Part shown: piece after piece, positions 48,031 through 57,371 of the stretch
How the letters are laid out: each line of letters opens with the position of its first letter
Numbering within the stretch: position 1 is the stretch's first letter
Assembly (NCBI GenBank): GCA_013343275.1
Contig: CP046106.1
Location: forward strand, 768,001-832,000
Reading direction: 5' to 3'
DNA length: 64,000 bases
DNA from: Candidatus Nanohaloarchaea archaeon
GTDB lineage: Archaea > Nanohalarchaeota > Nanosalinia > Nanosalinales > Nanosalinaceae
Notes under the pieces: generated by a model
What the model saw: the letters and a program-made list of their open reading frames with translations, nothing else
The model's database searches: none
Told to the model about the DNA's origin: nothing
Made by a program: the position numbers and the translations under genes

Positions 48031-49158
48031 ATGAAACTGGAGAGAAAGATCGATGTCTTCGGTGCTCTCGCAATACTGCTTTTTGGATCAGTTCTCGGAG
48101 GGTTCGTTACTTACAACCAGATGAACGACAGATTCTCTGCTCTGGAACACAAAGTATCAAATCTCCAGGAACAACAACAGGTAGTCTACATAAACGGCTC
48201 TAACGACGAACAGGCGCTTGTAAGCCTTTATCAGCAGGTAGAGGGCTCAACAGTCTCCATCAACACAATAGGAGGAAATAGATCACAGGGCTCTGGCTTC
48301 GTATACAGCAAGAACGGCTACATAGTTACAAACTATCACGTAATAAAGGGAGCAAAAAGAATAGAAGTAATATTCGATGACGGAACTAAAAGAAAGGCTA
48401 AAGTAGTAGGAAAAGATGTATACAATGATCTAGCGGTACTTAAAGTAGATAAAAAAGGCCTCAACCCGCTTCCACTGGCAAACTCCTCTAAAGTTATGAG
48501 AGGGCAGACAGCAGTTGCAATAGGAAATCCTTTCGGCCTCAGCGGGACCATGACTGCAGGAATAGTATCTGCCAAAAACAGAAATATCAGAACAGAAGGA
48601 GGGTTCTCAATACCAAACGTGATACAGACAGATGCAGCTATCAACCCAGGTAACAGCGGAGGCCCGCTGATCAACATCCACGGAGAGGTAATAGGGGTAA
48701 ACACTGCAATACAGTCCTCTACAGGGACCTTTAACGGTGTTGGATTCGCCATACCATCTAATACTGTTAGAAGAGTTGTCGATAACCTGATAGAGAAAGG
48801 AGAATATGACCACTCGTGGATCGGAGTGTCAGGGCTCACCGTCAACTCTGATATAGTCAAAGGAATGAATCTGAGCACGAACGACGGTTTCCTGGTGATG
48901 ACGGTCGTCAACGGGAGCCCAGCGGACGAAGCAAATCTTCAGGGCGCAACCAGGAACGAAACAATCAATGGGCTAAAATACGCGCTAGGTGGCGATGTAA
49001 TAACAGCCATAAACGGTACAGAGATGAAGGGGATAGGAGATATACTTAGCTACCTCTCTAAAGAGACAAGGCCTGGAGATAAGGTGGTTTTGACGGTTAT
49101 AAGAGATGGAGAGAAAAAAGAGATTCCGCTTGTGCTGGCGCCACGGCCTAAGGATTAA
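48031..49158 (+). CDS. htrA: HtrA/DegP-like serine protease with PDZ domain
   Basis: N-terminal TM, GSGF, TNYHV, DLAVL, DAAINPGNSGGPL and a PDZ domain. Confidence 0.95.
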   Translation: MKLERKIDVFGALAILLFGSVLGGFVTYNQMNDRFSALEHKVSNLQEQQQVVYINGSNDEQALVSLYQQVEGSTVSINTIGGNRSQGSGFVYSKNGYIVTNYHVIKGAKRIEVIFDDGTKRKAKVVGKDVYNDLAVLKVDKKGLNPLPLANSSKVMRGQTAVAIGNPFGLSGTMTAGIVSAKNRNIRTEGGFSIPNVIQTDAAINPGNSGGPLINIHGEVIGVNTAIQSSTGTFNGVGFAIPSNTVRRVVDNLIEKGEYDHSWIGVSGLTVNSDIVKGMNLSTNDGFLVMTVVNGSPADEANLQGATRNETINGLKYALGGDVITAINGTEMKGIGDILSYLSKETRPGDKVVLTVIRDGEKKEIPLVLAPRPKD

Positions 49159-50144
49159 TCAACTTCGTATCGGAGGAGCGCGCCGATTCCTCCGAAGTTA
49201 TCCAGTCTTTCTCCGGCTTCGTGGTCGGTGTGCACAATATTTACTTCTCCTCCCATCTGCTCCACCTTCTTCGCCAGTTCGGGATTCCTTCGGTGATTTT
49301 CTGCGGTAATTATCAGCTCTTTGACAGCGCCCTGATCTATTAGATCTTTGACTGGATCGCCGTAACTTACCTTTTCATCGCTGTTAAGGCGGTCGAGAAA
49401 CTCCTCAATGATCTCTGACTCCTCTGAAATACGGGAGGTCTCAACCACTTTTTTCAGGGCCCCGCGCTTGATCGCCTCGTGAAGACCGGTCTTCCCTGTG
49501 ACGGAGGTATCCTGCAGCATCGTCTTCTCCAGAGTCTCGTCCGAAAGCTGGTTCTTGATCTTGTTCTTCTCATTGCCGGGCCCGCAGAGAATAATATAAT
49601 CCATGTCATCTGCGGAACGCTCGATAACCTCCTTCACCTGGTTATGGAAATCACTGGAGTCCTTGTCCGAAGAGTACATCTTGCCAGGAATATTCTCCTC
49701 CACGTTCGACAGGTCCTTGATACCGGACTCCTCAACAATATAGAAATCGGCGCTTCCCTTCTCGATGAGACAGAAGAACACTTTGTAACTTCGTTTCTCC
49801 TCGGCCTCCTCCAGTCGGGCCCACTCTTCCTGGGTGAAATCCTTCCAGATCTCGAACTCCTGCTCAGGCTCCAGGTTAAAGGTGTGAAATCCAAGTTCAA
49901 TGTCCTCGGCGCCCTCTAAGATCTCTCCGGTAACGCGCAGACGGCTCTCCTGATACTCTGTCTTTTCCACCTCCAGAGTCAAAGTACAGGTTTTCTTTTC
50001 ACGTCCATCCAGCTTCGTACGCTGAGTAGTGGCCCTGACTTCGTCACCTTTCGCAATAATATCCTTCAGGTACCAGAGATCGTCCTGGTTCTCAATCCTG
50101 ATCTTGGCGTAACCCTCTCCGCGATCGGTTTTTAACAGCTTCAT
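49155..50144 (-). CDS. pelA: mRNA surveillance protein Pelota/Dom34
   Basis: DDLWYL, LRVTG, GFHT, GPG and FGGIGALLRY; start placed at MKLLK. Confidence 0.92.
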   Translation of the reverse strand: MKLLKTDRGEGYAKIRIENQDDLWYLKDIIAKGDEVRATTQRTKLDGREKKTCTLTLEVEKTEYQESRLRVTGEILEGAEDIELGFHTFNLEPEQEFEIWKDFTQEEWARLEEAEEKRSYKVFFCLIEKGSADFYIVEESGIKDLSNVEENIPGKMYSSDKDSSDFHNQVKEVIERSADDMDYIILCGPGNEKNKIKNQLSDETLEKTMLQDTSVTGKTGLHEAIKRGALKKVVETSRISEESEIIEEFLDRLNSDEKVSYGDPVKDLIDQGAVKELIITAENHRRNPELAKKVEQMGGEVNIVHTDHEAGERLDNFGGIGALLRYEVD

Positions 50145-50196
50145 ACAGTTCAAAGGACAACCTACAAATAAAAACATGCAAAAACCACTCATAAGC

Positions 50197-51324
50197 ATGG
50201 AGAACGAGTTCGCCGTCATACTTGTCGCAGGCCTCGCAGTCTTCGGACTATTCTGGGTAGCATCGCAGAGCTACAATTTCAACAACCAGGCTACCTCGCA
50301 ACTTACACTTTACGAAAAAGACTTCGGACAGATCGGACAGGCCAGTCAGGACATAAGAACTGTGAACTTCGGCAGCTTCTCGGTAGGCGAAGGACGAGGC
50401 GACGTACAGGCCTACAGGGAGGAAAAAGCAACCTTGCGAAACAAGCTTCTAGGAGGCCAGAAAATCACGATAAAATACGATGCTACTGCTCCCAAAACAG
50501 GCCATATAGAGTTTGAAGTTCTAGGAAAAGACGGTAACGGTGCAGTATACGTTAAAGTTAACGGGAAAACAATATTCAATGAGAAACTTGTTACAACAGG
50601 CACTCCATCAATTAACATCTCTGCGGACGTCCTCAAACCAGGAATGAACAAGATTGTTATCGGAACAAGACAGGGAGGCCTCTTCTCATCTACAGAGTAC
50701 GTTATAGAGGATATAGAGGTTACTGTTAATGACAGAAAGTTCAATGACTACCAGAAATCTTTCCGTGTCTACCAGTACGAGATAGAGGAGTTCGCAGCAG
50801 CCAACCTCACGTTCACTCTGCCTGTCGACTCATCAACACGAACAGCACCGCTCAAAGTATTTGTAAATAATGAAAAAGTCTTCTCACAGAAGATATCACG
50901 TTCAACGCAATCAATCTCACTGGACAGAAATCAGATCAATGTAGGGTACAACACTGTAAGATTCGAGACTGAAGGCAACGCCCGTTACGCACTGGAGAAC
51001 ACCGATCTCACTCTCCGTTACTTTGGAACAATTAAACCCGGGACAGCAACAGCAAGCTTCAACCTAAATAAAACATCTCTGTCCTTCGCGCAGAGGGAGA
51101 AAACCAATGAATACATCAATTTCAACTACGTAAACCTGATGCCGTCCACAAATCCGGTACAGATCACATTAAATCAGTACTCGAAGACAATAACACCTGA
51201 CAGCTTCTCGGTAATCAGGATACCGGAAGAAACACTGGAAGAGCAGAACGAAATCACAGTCTCCAGCAACGGCTCCTACATAATCAGAAACCTGAACGTC
51301 CTCTCACAGAGGCCTGAAAAATGA
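50197..51324 (+). CDS. Membrane-anchored beta-rich extracellular protein
   Basis: N-terminal TM; two similar jelly-roll-like repeats (VxVNxxxxF...GxNxI). Confidence 0.7.
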   Translation: MENEFAVILVAGLAVFGLFWVASQSYNFNNQATSQLTLYEKDFGQIGQASQDIRTVNFGSFSVGEGRGDVQAYREEKATLRNKLLGGQKITIKYDATAPKTGHIEFEVLGKDGNGAVYVKVNGKTIFNEKLVTTGTPSINISADVLKPGMNKIVIGTRQGGLFSSTEYVIEDIEVTVNDRKFNDYQKSFRVYQYEIEEFAAANLTFTLPVDSSTRTAPLKVFVNNEKVFSQKISRSTQSISLDRNQINVGYNTVRFETEGNARYALENTDLTLRYFGTIKPGTATASFNLNKTSLSFAQREKTNEYINFNYVNLMPSTNPVQITLNQYSKTITPDSFSVIRIPEETLEEQNEITVSSNGSYIIRNLNVLSQRPEK

Positions 51325-53645
51325 GCTGGATAAAAAATAAGATACTCTGCCTCATAGCATATGCACTACCTACCCCGGTTGATTTCGACTGGTTCGGCGT
51401 TCTAGGGATAAATAGGCTGCCTGTTATAGGAAAACTTCCTGTCAGAAAGATAGATTTTGGAGCTCTTTCCTGGCCTAAAAGAATCTTTGCAGGCATTCTT
51501 CTTTTAGTGCCATATATTGACCTAGAGCTGTTCACTCTTCTGGGACTTGACCACAAACTAGGTCTTTACTCCCAAGGTACTTCAACCAGCGCTTCCAATA
51601 CTAACTCAATGAATAGAACGCCGCGTGGAGGGCAGCAGCCAAGTCAGGGGGGCCACAGTCTCAAAGGTATCTTCATAGTGCTGATGTTTGTACTCCTCAT
51701 AGGAGGAGTATTCACCACAGGATACGGTTCTCTGGCAAGTAATACTATAGGTAATCAGGTAATAGGCCTTGATTTGCAAGATGAGTTCCTGGCTGTTGAG
51801 CAGGCTGTGCAGCAGGCGCAGTGCTTTGGAAATGCGGCGTGTATGAGGAAATGGCGTTTCAATAATACTAGAAGGCCGGAATCTAATACGGTAGGTCAGG
51901 AGTACAAGCTTGATATAGAAGGTTTCTCAGTTAACGGCGGCAATCCTGTGGATGTAGGTGGTAGAGCTCCGGGCTATATCTTCCCTGTCACTTTCTCCGT
52001 TACTAACCCGAGATACGGGCTGAAAGGGATTACTGCCAGGGATGCGCAGTACAGAGTCGTTGTTCAGAAAGCCTCAGGCTTTGCAGGCCTGGAAGGAGCT
52101 AAAAATCTCTGCTCTACAGGATGGAAACCTCTAAATGGCCAGTACGCTTCTTCCTATGGGGGCAAGACAGGAACTATTTACCCTGGCGGGTTTGCCACTC
52201 CTCTGGGAACTCTTGGGGATTTGAATTTAAGCGCCTGTGGCTTGATGCAGCCCGCACTGGGTATGAACAGGCATGTTGAACTTCAGGTAAGATACAACTA
52301 CTCCTCAAAGGCCCAGGTCTCTGTTGAGGCCATGGCATTGAACAACATGGATGGAGGCTTCGAGTACAAACCTTCTAGAACAGCAGATACTCCTGTAAAA
52401 ACCAGAATAAATGTTCAGAGCCCTATAACTTATGCAACCCAAGGTCCTACTCCAAGACCAAATGTATTTTTGGTTAAAGTAGGTTTCCAGACTGCTCAGA
52501 ATAATATAAGATACAAGGTGCATCCTGATGAACTGGTGATTCATGATTCATCAGCTACTGTCGATGTAAACAATGCTCCTCAGAGGTTTCAGGACATGCT
52601 TGGAACTGCTAACTGTAGAGGCCTTACTAAGGTAGGTACAGATACTTACAAACTGTCTGAGCAGCAGAGAGATTTCATCAGAGGCAAATGGTACAAATCA
52701 AGCGGCACTCCGCCAACAATGGCTATCTGCGCCATGATTCTCGAAGAGCCTTCCTCCATAAGTCCTTCGGGAGAGACTCTCAGAATGAGTATAGACGCTA
52801 ATTACACGGTACAGCTACATGAATCAGTAACCAACTTTAGAGCACTGAATGGTCGATGTGGAGCGAATGAACAGAAAAACTGTCCATTCCTTGTGCCTGA
52901 GAATAAGATTGGAGAGTATCAGGGCGTTGAACAGGAGCATCTGATTAGTAAATGTGACAGCGATCTACGAGTTGATGCCTCTGATGGCTGCGATGTCAGA
53001 AAGGGGGGAGAGCCAGTAGGAGAATCATGGAGAACAGTGAATATATGGAACAATGGATCTGTTGATGCGGAGATCGAGGAAGGTGAAACAGCGTATACTT
53101 GGAATTATATTAAAGATAAATTCCGAAGTTCATTTATTGATTTATCTGATTTCCAGGGTGACAAGGCCTTATTACCTGAGGTTCCCGGAGTAAGAATAGG
53201 TTTAGAAAGCGAATATAGGGATACAGCTATTGGCTTGTCGGGTTCCGAGCTGAGAAGCCTTCAGGAGGTCAAAGAGGAGGACTTCCAGAGTGCTGTGTTA
53301 GTGAAGGTTGATAACTTTGGAAAGGATATTGAGGTCAGATCAGTTAGCCCTATCCTATGTAAGCAGGGCTTTGGTCTAGACTATTCGGCAAATATGAAGG
53401 ATTTTACCAAATACTGGGTACAGGATAATAGTGATGTAGAAAACTTGCTTCTGTTCAAAGGTAAAGCATATGATGACTGTTCTCGGGGCCAGGGATGGGT
53501 ACAGGATGCTCTGGATTATGTTACTGGCGGCCAAAGTCCTAAAGAGGCATTTAAAGAAGCTCTCAATAACTGTAGAAATAGAAATGGGAGGCTTATTGGG
53601 GTTATTGTAGTTGATCAAGGCAGGTTTGAATGCTACGATGGCTAG
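51321..53645 (+). CDS. Large membrane-anchored Cys-rich extracellular protein
   Basis: TM segments, many paired Cys, and a YNYSS...PV module similar to the downstream lipoproteins. Confidence 0.7.
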   Translation: MSWIKNKILCLIAYALPTPVDFDWFGVLGINRLPVIGKLPVRKIDFGALSWPKRIFAGILLLVPYIDLELFTLLGLDHKLGLYSQGTSTSASNTNSMNRTPRGGQQPSQGGHSLKGIFIVLMFVLLIGGVFTTGYGSLASNTIGNQVIGLDLQDEFLAVEQAVQQAQCFGNAACMRKWRFNNTRRPESNTVGQEYKLDIEGFSVNGGNPVDVGGRAPGYIFPVTFSVTNPRYGLKGITARDAQYRVVVQKASGFAGLEGAKNLCSTGWKPLNGQYASSYGGKTGTIYPGGFATPLGTLGDLNLSACGLMQPALGMNRHVELQVRYNYSSKAQVSVEAMALNNMDGGFEYKPSRTADTPVKTRINVQSPITYATQGPTPRPNVFLVKVGFQTAQNNIRYKVHPDELVIHDSSATVDVNNAPQRFQDMLGTANCRGLTKVGTDTYKLSEQQRDFIRGKWYKSSGTPPTMAICAMILEEPSSISPSGETLRMSIDANYTVQLHESVTNFRALNGRCGANEQKNCPFLVPENKIGEYQGVEQEHLISKCDSDLRVDASDGCDVRKGGEPVGESWRTVNIWNNGSVDAEIEEGETAYTWNYIKDKFRSSFIDLSDFQGDKALLPEVPGVRIGLESEYRDTAIGLSGSELRSLQEVKEEDFQSAVLVKVDNFGKDIEVRSVSPILCKQGFGLDYSANMKDFTKYWVQDNSDVENLLLFKGKAYDDCSRGQGWVQDALDYVTGGQSPKEAFKEALNNCRNRNGRLIGVIVVDQGRFECYDG

Positions 53646-54442
53646 GTCAGTGTAAGTGTTGATAGAATGTTTCTTGTACCTATTGCGAGGCCGAGTAGAG
53701 CGATCAGGAACAGGTAGTAGTTTTTCTCCTCCCCCTCCATATTCTCTGTTATGTAGTATACTGCTGGTATTATGACGAGTCCTTTCATCAGGAACATACT
53801 GTAAGGGCCGAAGTTGTTGATGAAGAACTGGCCTAGCACGTGTTTCTCCTGACCTCCGAAGGTTACTGCGGTGACTGTTGTGGAGGCATCGAAGAAATGT
53901 GCGGCGACAGGTATGGTGAAGGAAGGTTTCCAGAGTTCAGGTTTCAGCAGGTTTATAGTTGCGTATCCTGCGATACTCCAGGTTAGTACTATAGCTGTGA
54001 AAAGTTTCAGAGCGGCCCAGTTGTTTATGCTGTAGAATGATAGAGCTGCTGCAAGAGGTATAATACCTGTTACGGCGAGTATCTTGTATGGTTTGAACTC
54101 TATACGTTCTGAGGCCTTCTGTGAGAACTTTATTGCTGCGACGGTGAAAGTGAAAAGCACTATGTATATGAAAGGCGTTTCAAGCAGCACAGTGTTTACC
54201 GCATTGATGTCCTTCAGCGATCTTGCTGCACCGCCGAGGAAGACAAAAGGCGCTATACCCTTGAAGAACTCCTTGTTGAAGTCGATACCCATCTTCTTGG
54301 AGAAAGGATAGACCAGATAGAGGGCCGCGATACCGAAAAGCAGTGCGTAAACTGTGGTGTTGTAAGGGTTGTAGTAGACCGATTCGTTGGCAACCGGCAC
54401 CCAGAACTTCTCAACTAAAAACCTTTTAATCTGGCCTAACAT
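53642..54442 (-). CDS. DUF63-family polytopic membrane protein
   Basis: YNPYNT..Y, HFFDASTT, EKHVL and LGLAIGTR; start placed at MLGQ. Confidence 0.75.
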   Translation of the reverse strand: MLGQIKRFLVEKFWVPVANESVYYNPYNTTVYALLFGIAALYLVYPFSKKMGIDFNKEFFKGIAPFVFLGGAARSLKDINAVNTVLLETPFIYIVLFTFTVAAIKFSQKASERIEFKPYKILAVTGIIPLAAALSFYSINNWAALKLFTAIVLTWSIAGYATINLLKPELWKPSFTIPVAAHFFDASTTVTAVTFGGQEKHVLGQFFINNFGPYSMFLMKGLVIIPAVYYITENMEGEEKNYYLFLIALLGLAIGTRNILSTLTLT

Positions 54443-54452
54443 AGTATGTTGT

Positions 54453-55352
54453 ATGGACACACGGGAGCTAGGTATAAGTATCTTATTTCTAGTCGTTCTT
54501 ACCTCAGGCTGCATAGGCCCAAGCGGCCAGACCACGCAGAAGTCCTCAGGAAAGGCAATCACTATAGAAGGCCCAACGGTAAGGCCGAGCTCCCACGAGA
54601 TATACCCTGACTCAACGATAAGAGTCTCAATGGGGGTCAAAAATACAGGAGAAATGAATGGTACACTGATGGTCGGCGACCAGGGAAAGCAAATACTAAC
54701 CAATTACTGTCCTGATATATTCAGGATCCAGAGCTACAATGCTGAAAGCTCAAAAACAACGGATAATAAAAACTCTTACTTCCTGAAGCCGGGCTGGGAG
54801 GCCTCATTCAGCTGGGAGCTTAAACAGTACAGCGATGTATCTATAATGGGACAGGAATGCGGACTGGAGTTCCAGGCGCCTTTCAACTACAGTGTATCAG
54901 CTTACCGGCAGCTGCAGATAAAGAAAAGCCCTCAGGCGGGAGGAGATCCTTACCTCTCATCTAAAACATCTTCGGGCCCATTATCCATACAGTTAGAGAC
55001 CTTCGGCAGCAGCGCAGATGCCGGCGCGCCTGTATTCCTTGAAGGCGATGATATAGAGATGCTAGCTCGCTTCAGCAAGAGAAGCAGCAAGGAATCTCCA
55101 TACAGAGGCCTCATCGATATTTACGATCCACAGTTCAGCTCCGAGAATATCGATATTGTTAGAGATAGCTGCGAGATTCCTGACAGGATTATAATGTATC
55201 AGGGGGATTCACAGATCATAAGGTGTGAGCTGGATTATGGCGGATCTATAAGCTCTCCAAGTATAAGAGCACAGATATCGGCTCAGGCAGATTACCAGTA
55301 CACGAAAGATGCTGGAACAAGAACTGTAGAGGTGAAGTACAGTGGAAACTAA
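54453..55352 (+). CDS. Putative lipoprotein
   Basis: Hydrophobic signal ending in lipobox LTSGC. Confidence 0.75.
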   Translation: MDTRELGISILFLVVLTSGCIGPSGQTTQKSSGKAITIEGPTVRPSSHEIYPDSTIRVSMGVKNTGEMNGTLMVGDQGKQILTNYCPDIFRIQSYNAESSKTTDNKNSYFLKPGWEASFSWELKQYSDVSIMGQECGLEFQAPFNYSVSAYRQLQIKKSPQAGGDPYLSSKTSSGPLSIQLETFGSSADAGAPVFLEGDDIEMLARFSKRSSKESPYRGLIDIYDPQFSSENIDIVRDSCEIPDRIIMYQGDSQIIRCELDYGGSISSPSIRAQISAQADYQYTKDAGTRTVEVKYSGN

Positions 55353-56160
55353 GCTTGTGGCATTAATAATGATCGTAGTAGCTGTATCAGGTTGCTCACA
55401 GCTACCTACAAACGGCAACAAAGATCCTTCGGTAGAGAACAAGCAGGTAGCAGGGAAAGGCCTGGAGGTAACTAGCTTCAGGGCTGTGGATAATACTTTG
55501 AGGCCTGGCCAGAGAACTAAAGTGGTGCTTAACCTCAGAAACTACCATACCTCAGATATATCTATTATCAATAAGACTCTGATTAATACAGGCCTTCTGA
55601 GAGCAAGTAATAGGGACTGCAGTCCGAACAATATCCGGAGAGCTCAGAAAGATCTTCAGCCTGAGATGAGGTGTGAGTGGGACGTTAGCGTCCCAAGCAG
55701 TGTAGAGCTGAGTACGGAGAAGAAACCTCAGTCGATGACGCTTTTCCTGAAGTACAGCTCCAGCCTTACCTTGGTTAACCCGCTTAAGCTAGATTTCAAG
55801 CAGTACTCTAATGTTAACAGCACATCAACAGTTACCAGAAGTTTCTCAAACGGCGAGGTTCGAGGTCAAATGACTGTGGAAACTCCTGCAACTCTTCAGG
55901 GCCGGAAGGTAGACTTCACTGTTAGGGAGGTAGGCAGTGGTAGAGTAACTTCGAAGTATACCTTTGATTTCTTCCCCCAGACACCTCAGGTATTCTATGG
56001 ATGCCCTGAAGATGAAGCCAAAGAACCGATCGTTGGAAAGAAGCTGGAGTTCTCCTGCACGGTCAGAACAGACTCTCCTACCACGAAAAGCCTGTATTTC
56101 TCCACATATTATAAATACGCGAAAGAACCAACACTCAACATAAACATCGTGAATAACTAA
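55342..56160 (+). CDS. Putative lipoprotein, paralog of neighbours
   Basis: Lipobox AVSGC; GTG start after SD GAGGTGA. Confidence 0.75.
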   Translation: METKLVALIMIVVAVSGCSQLPTNGNKDPSVENKQVAGKGLEVTSFRAVDNTLRPGQRTKVVLNLRNYHTSDISIINKTLINTGLLRASNRDCSPNNIRRAQKDLQPEMRCEWDVSVPSSVELSTEKKPQSMTLFLKYSSSLTLVNPLKLDFKQYSNVNSTSTVTRSFSNGEVRGQMTVETPATLQGRKVDFTVREVGSGRVTSKYTFDFFPQTPQVFYGCPEDEAKEPIVGKKLEFSCTVRTDSPTTKSLYFSTYYKYAKEPTLNINIVNN

Positions 56161-57101
56161 TGAATACTCCAGACCGTAAACTCGGCCTAGTACTCCTGTC
56201 TCTGATCGTCGTTGTGTCAGGATGTACCGATAGTTCTCAAAATGGTTCAGTAACAGTAAGCCAGACCTCGGGAATCGAGATAATGAGTTACCAGGCTACC
56301 CCGGATACGCTGTCAGGAGGTCAGACAGCAACACTACAGATGAATATCAAGAACAGGGGAGGAGTAGATGCGCAGAATGTACAGGCTCATCTGACCAATC
56401 CTGAGTTCGGTAGCGATAGCGGCCTCTGGTCAGTATCGAACGGCGCCTGGAAAGATGGTTTCGATACTTTGAGAGGTCCTAATCCTGAGTCAGGGCAGAG
56501 TGCTTTGACTAGGACTATTCAGTGGAGTGTGACAGCACCGAACAAGAACAACCAGATTCCTATAGATTACAGTTTCGATACCGATCTATTCTACAAGTAC
56601 CAGACGCAGGCAGTTACACAGATGAGGCTGGTCAACACTAACTCTGTTGAAGGACAGCCTACACGGACAACTCCTCAGATCGAGAACACAGGAGGACCAA
56701 TCCAGCTAGGCCTACAGGCCACTTCTCCTGTAATATTCACTGAAAGCGGTGGAGGCTCCACAAAGAGTATGCCGTTCTGTATAACAATGCAGAACGTAGG
56801 TGCGGGAACCCCATTCCTGTACAACCAGTCAAAAGTAGATGGCACAGCTTACAGAGGAGTTAACGACGATATAACCAATAAGATTAAACTTCATATCGAG
56901 ACTTCCAGCAGCTTCATCGATTTCAGCAAGAACACTGTTACAAAGGAGCTGATTGGTAGCCCGCCTTCCACCTGTGTAAACATGAACGCCAGCTACGTTT
57001 CCACCAGTGAAGGCAGCACCACCTCACCAATTACAATCACTGCTGAGTACGGATACAGGCTTCAGGACAGTACCTCGATAACTCTCAAAACAGGGCCTTA
57101 A
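56160..57101 (+). CDS. Putative lipoprotein, paralog of neighbours
   Basis: Lipobox VVSGC; YKY...GGPI motif. Confidence 0.75.
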   Translation: MNTPDRKLGLVLLSLIVVVSGCTDSSQNGSVTVSQTSGIEIMSYQATPDTLSGGQTATLQMNIKNRGGVDAQNVQAHLTNPEFGSDSGLWSVSNGAWKDGFDTLRGPNPESGQSALTRTIQWSVTAPNKNNQIPIDYSFDTDLFYKYQTQAVTQMRLVNTNSVEGQPTRTTPQIENTGGPIQLGLQATSPVIFTESGGGSTKSMPFCITMQNVGAGTPFLYNQSKVDGTAYRGVNDDITNKIKLHIETSSSFIDFSKNTVTKELIGSPPSTCVNMNASYVSTSEGSTTSPITITAEYGYRLQDSTSITLKTGP

Positions 57102-57371
57102 ACACGGGCCTTGAATTCCATATTTCTTCATCTATTTTCATCTTCTATCTTCCTTACTGTTGATCTTTCTCCTTTTCTGGGGTGAAGACCTATCTTCTGG
57201 CTCTTCTGTGTTCTACTTAGATTGCTGATATCTGCCGGCCTTTCTCAGTATTCTGTCATGGCTCTCATCAGCTTAGTTTTCTGCAGAGATTAAGAGTTAG
57301 AGATTTATCTGCTGTATTTCCTATTTGGGTGGGAGAAAAGGAGGAGAAAAATGGATAGGGGATGTGAGGTG

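Noticed and set aside
57102-57371. Possible small minus-strand gene or readthrough ORF (MRAMTEY*ERPADIS...)
   Set aside because: There is a stop after 7 codons and no recognisable homology; the region looks like a convergent terminator zone.
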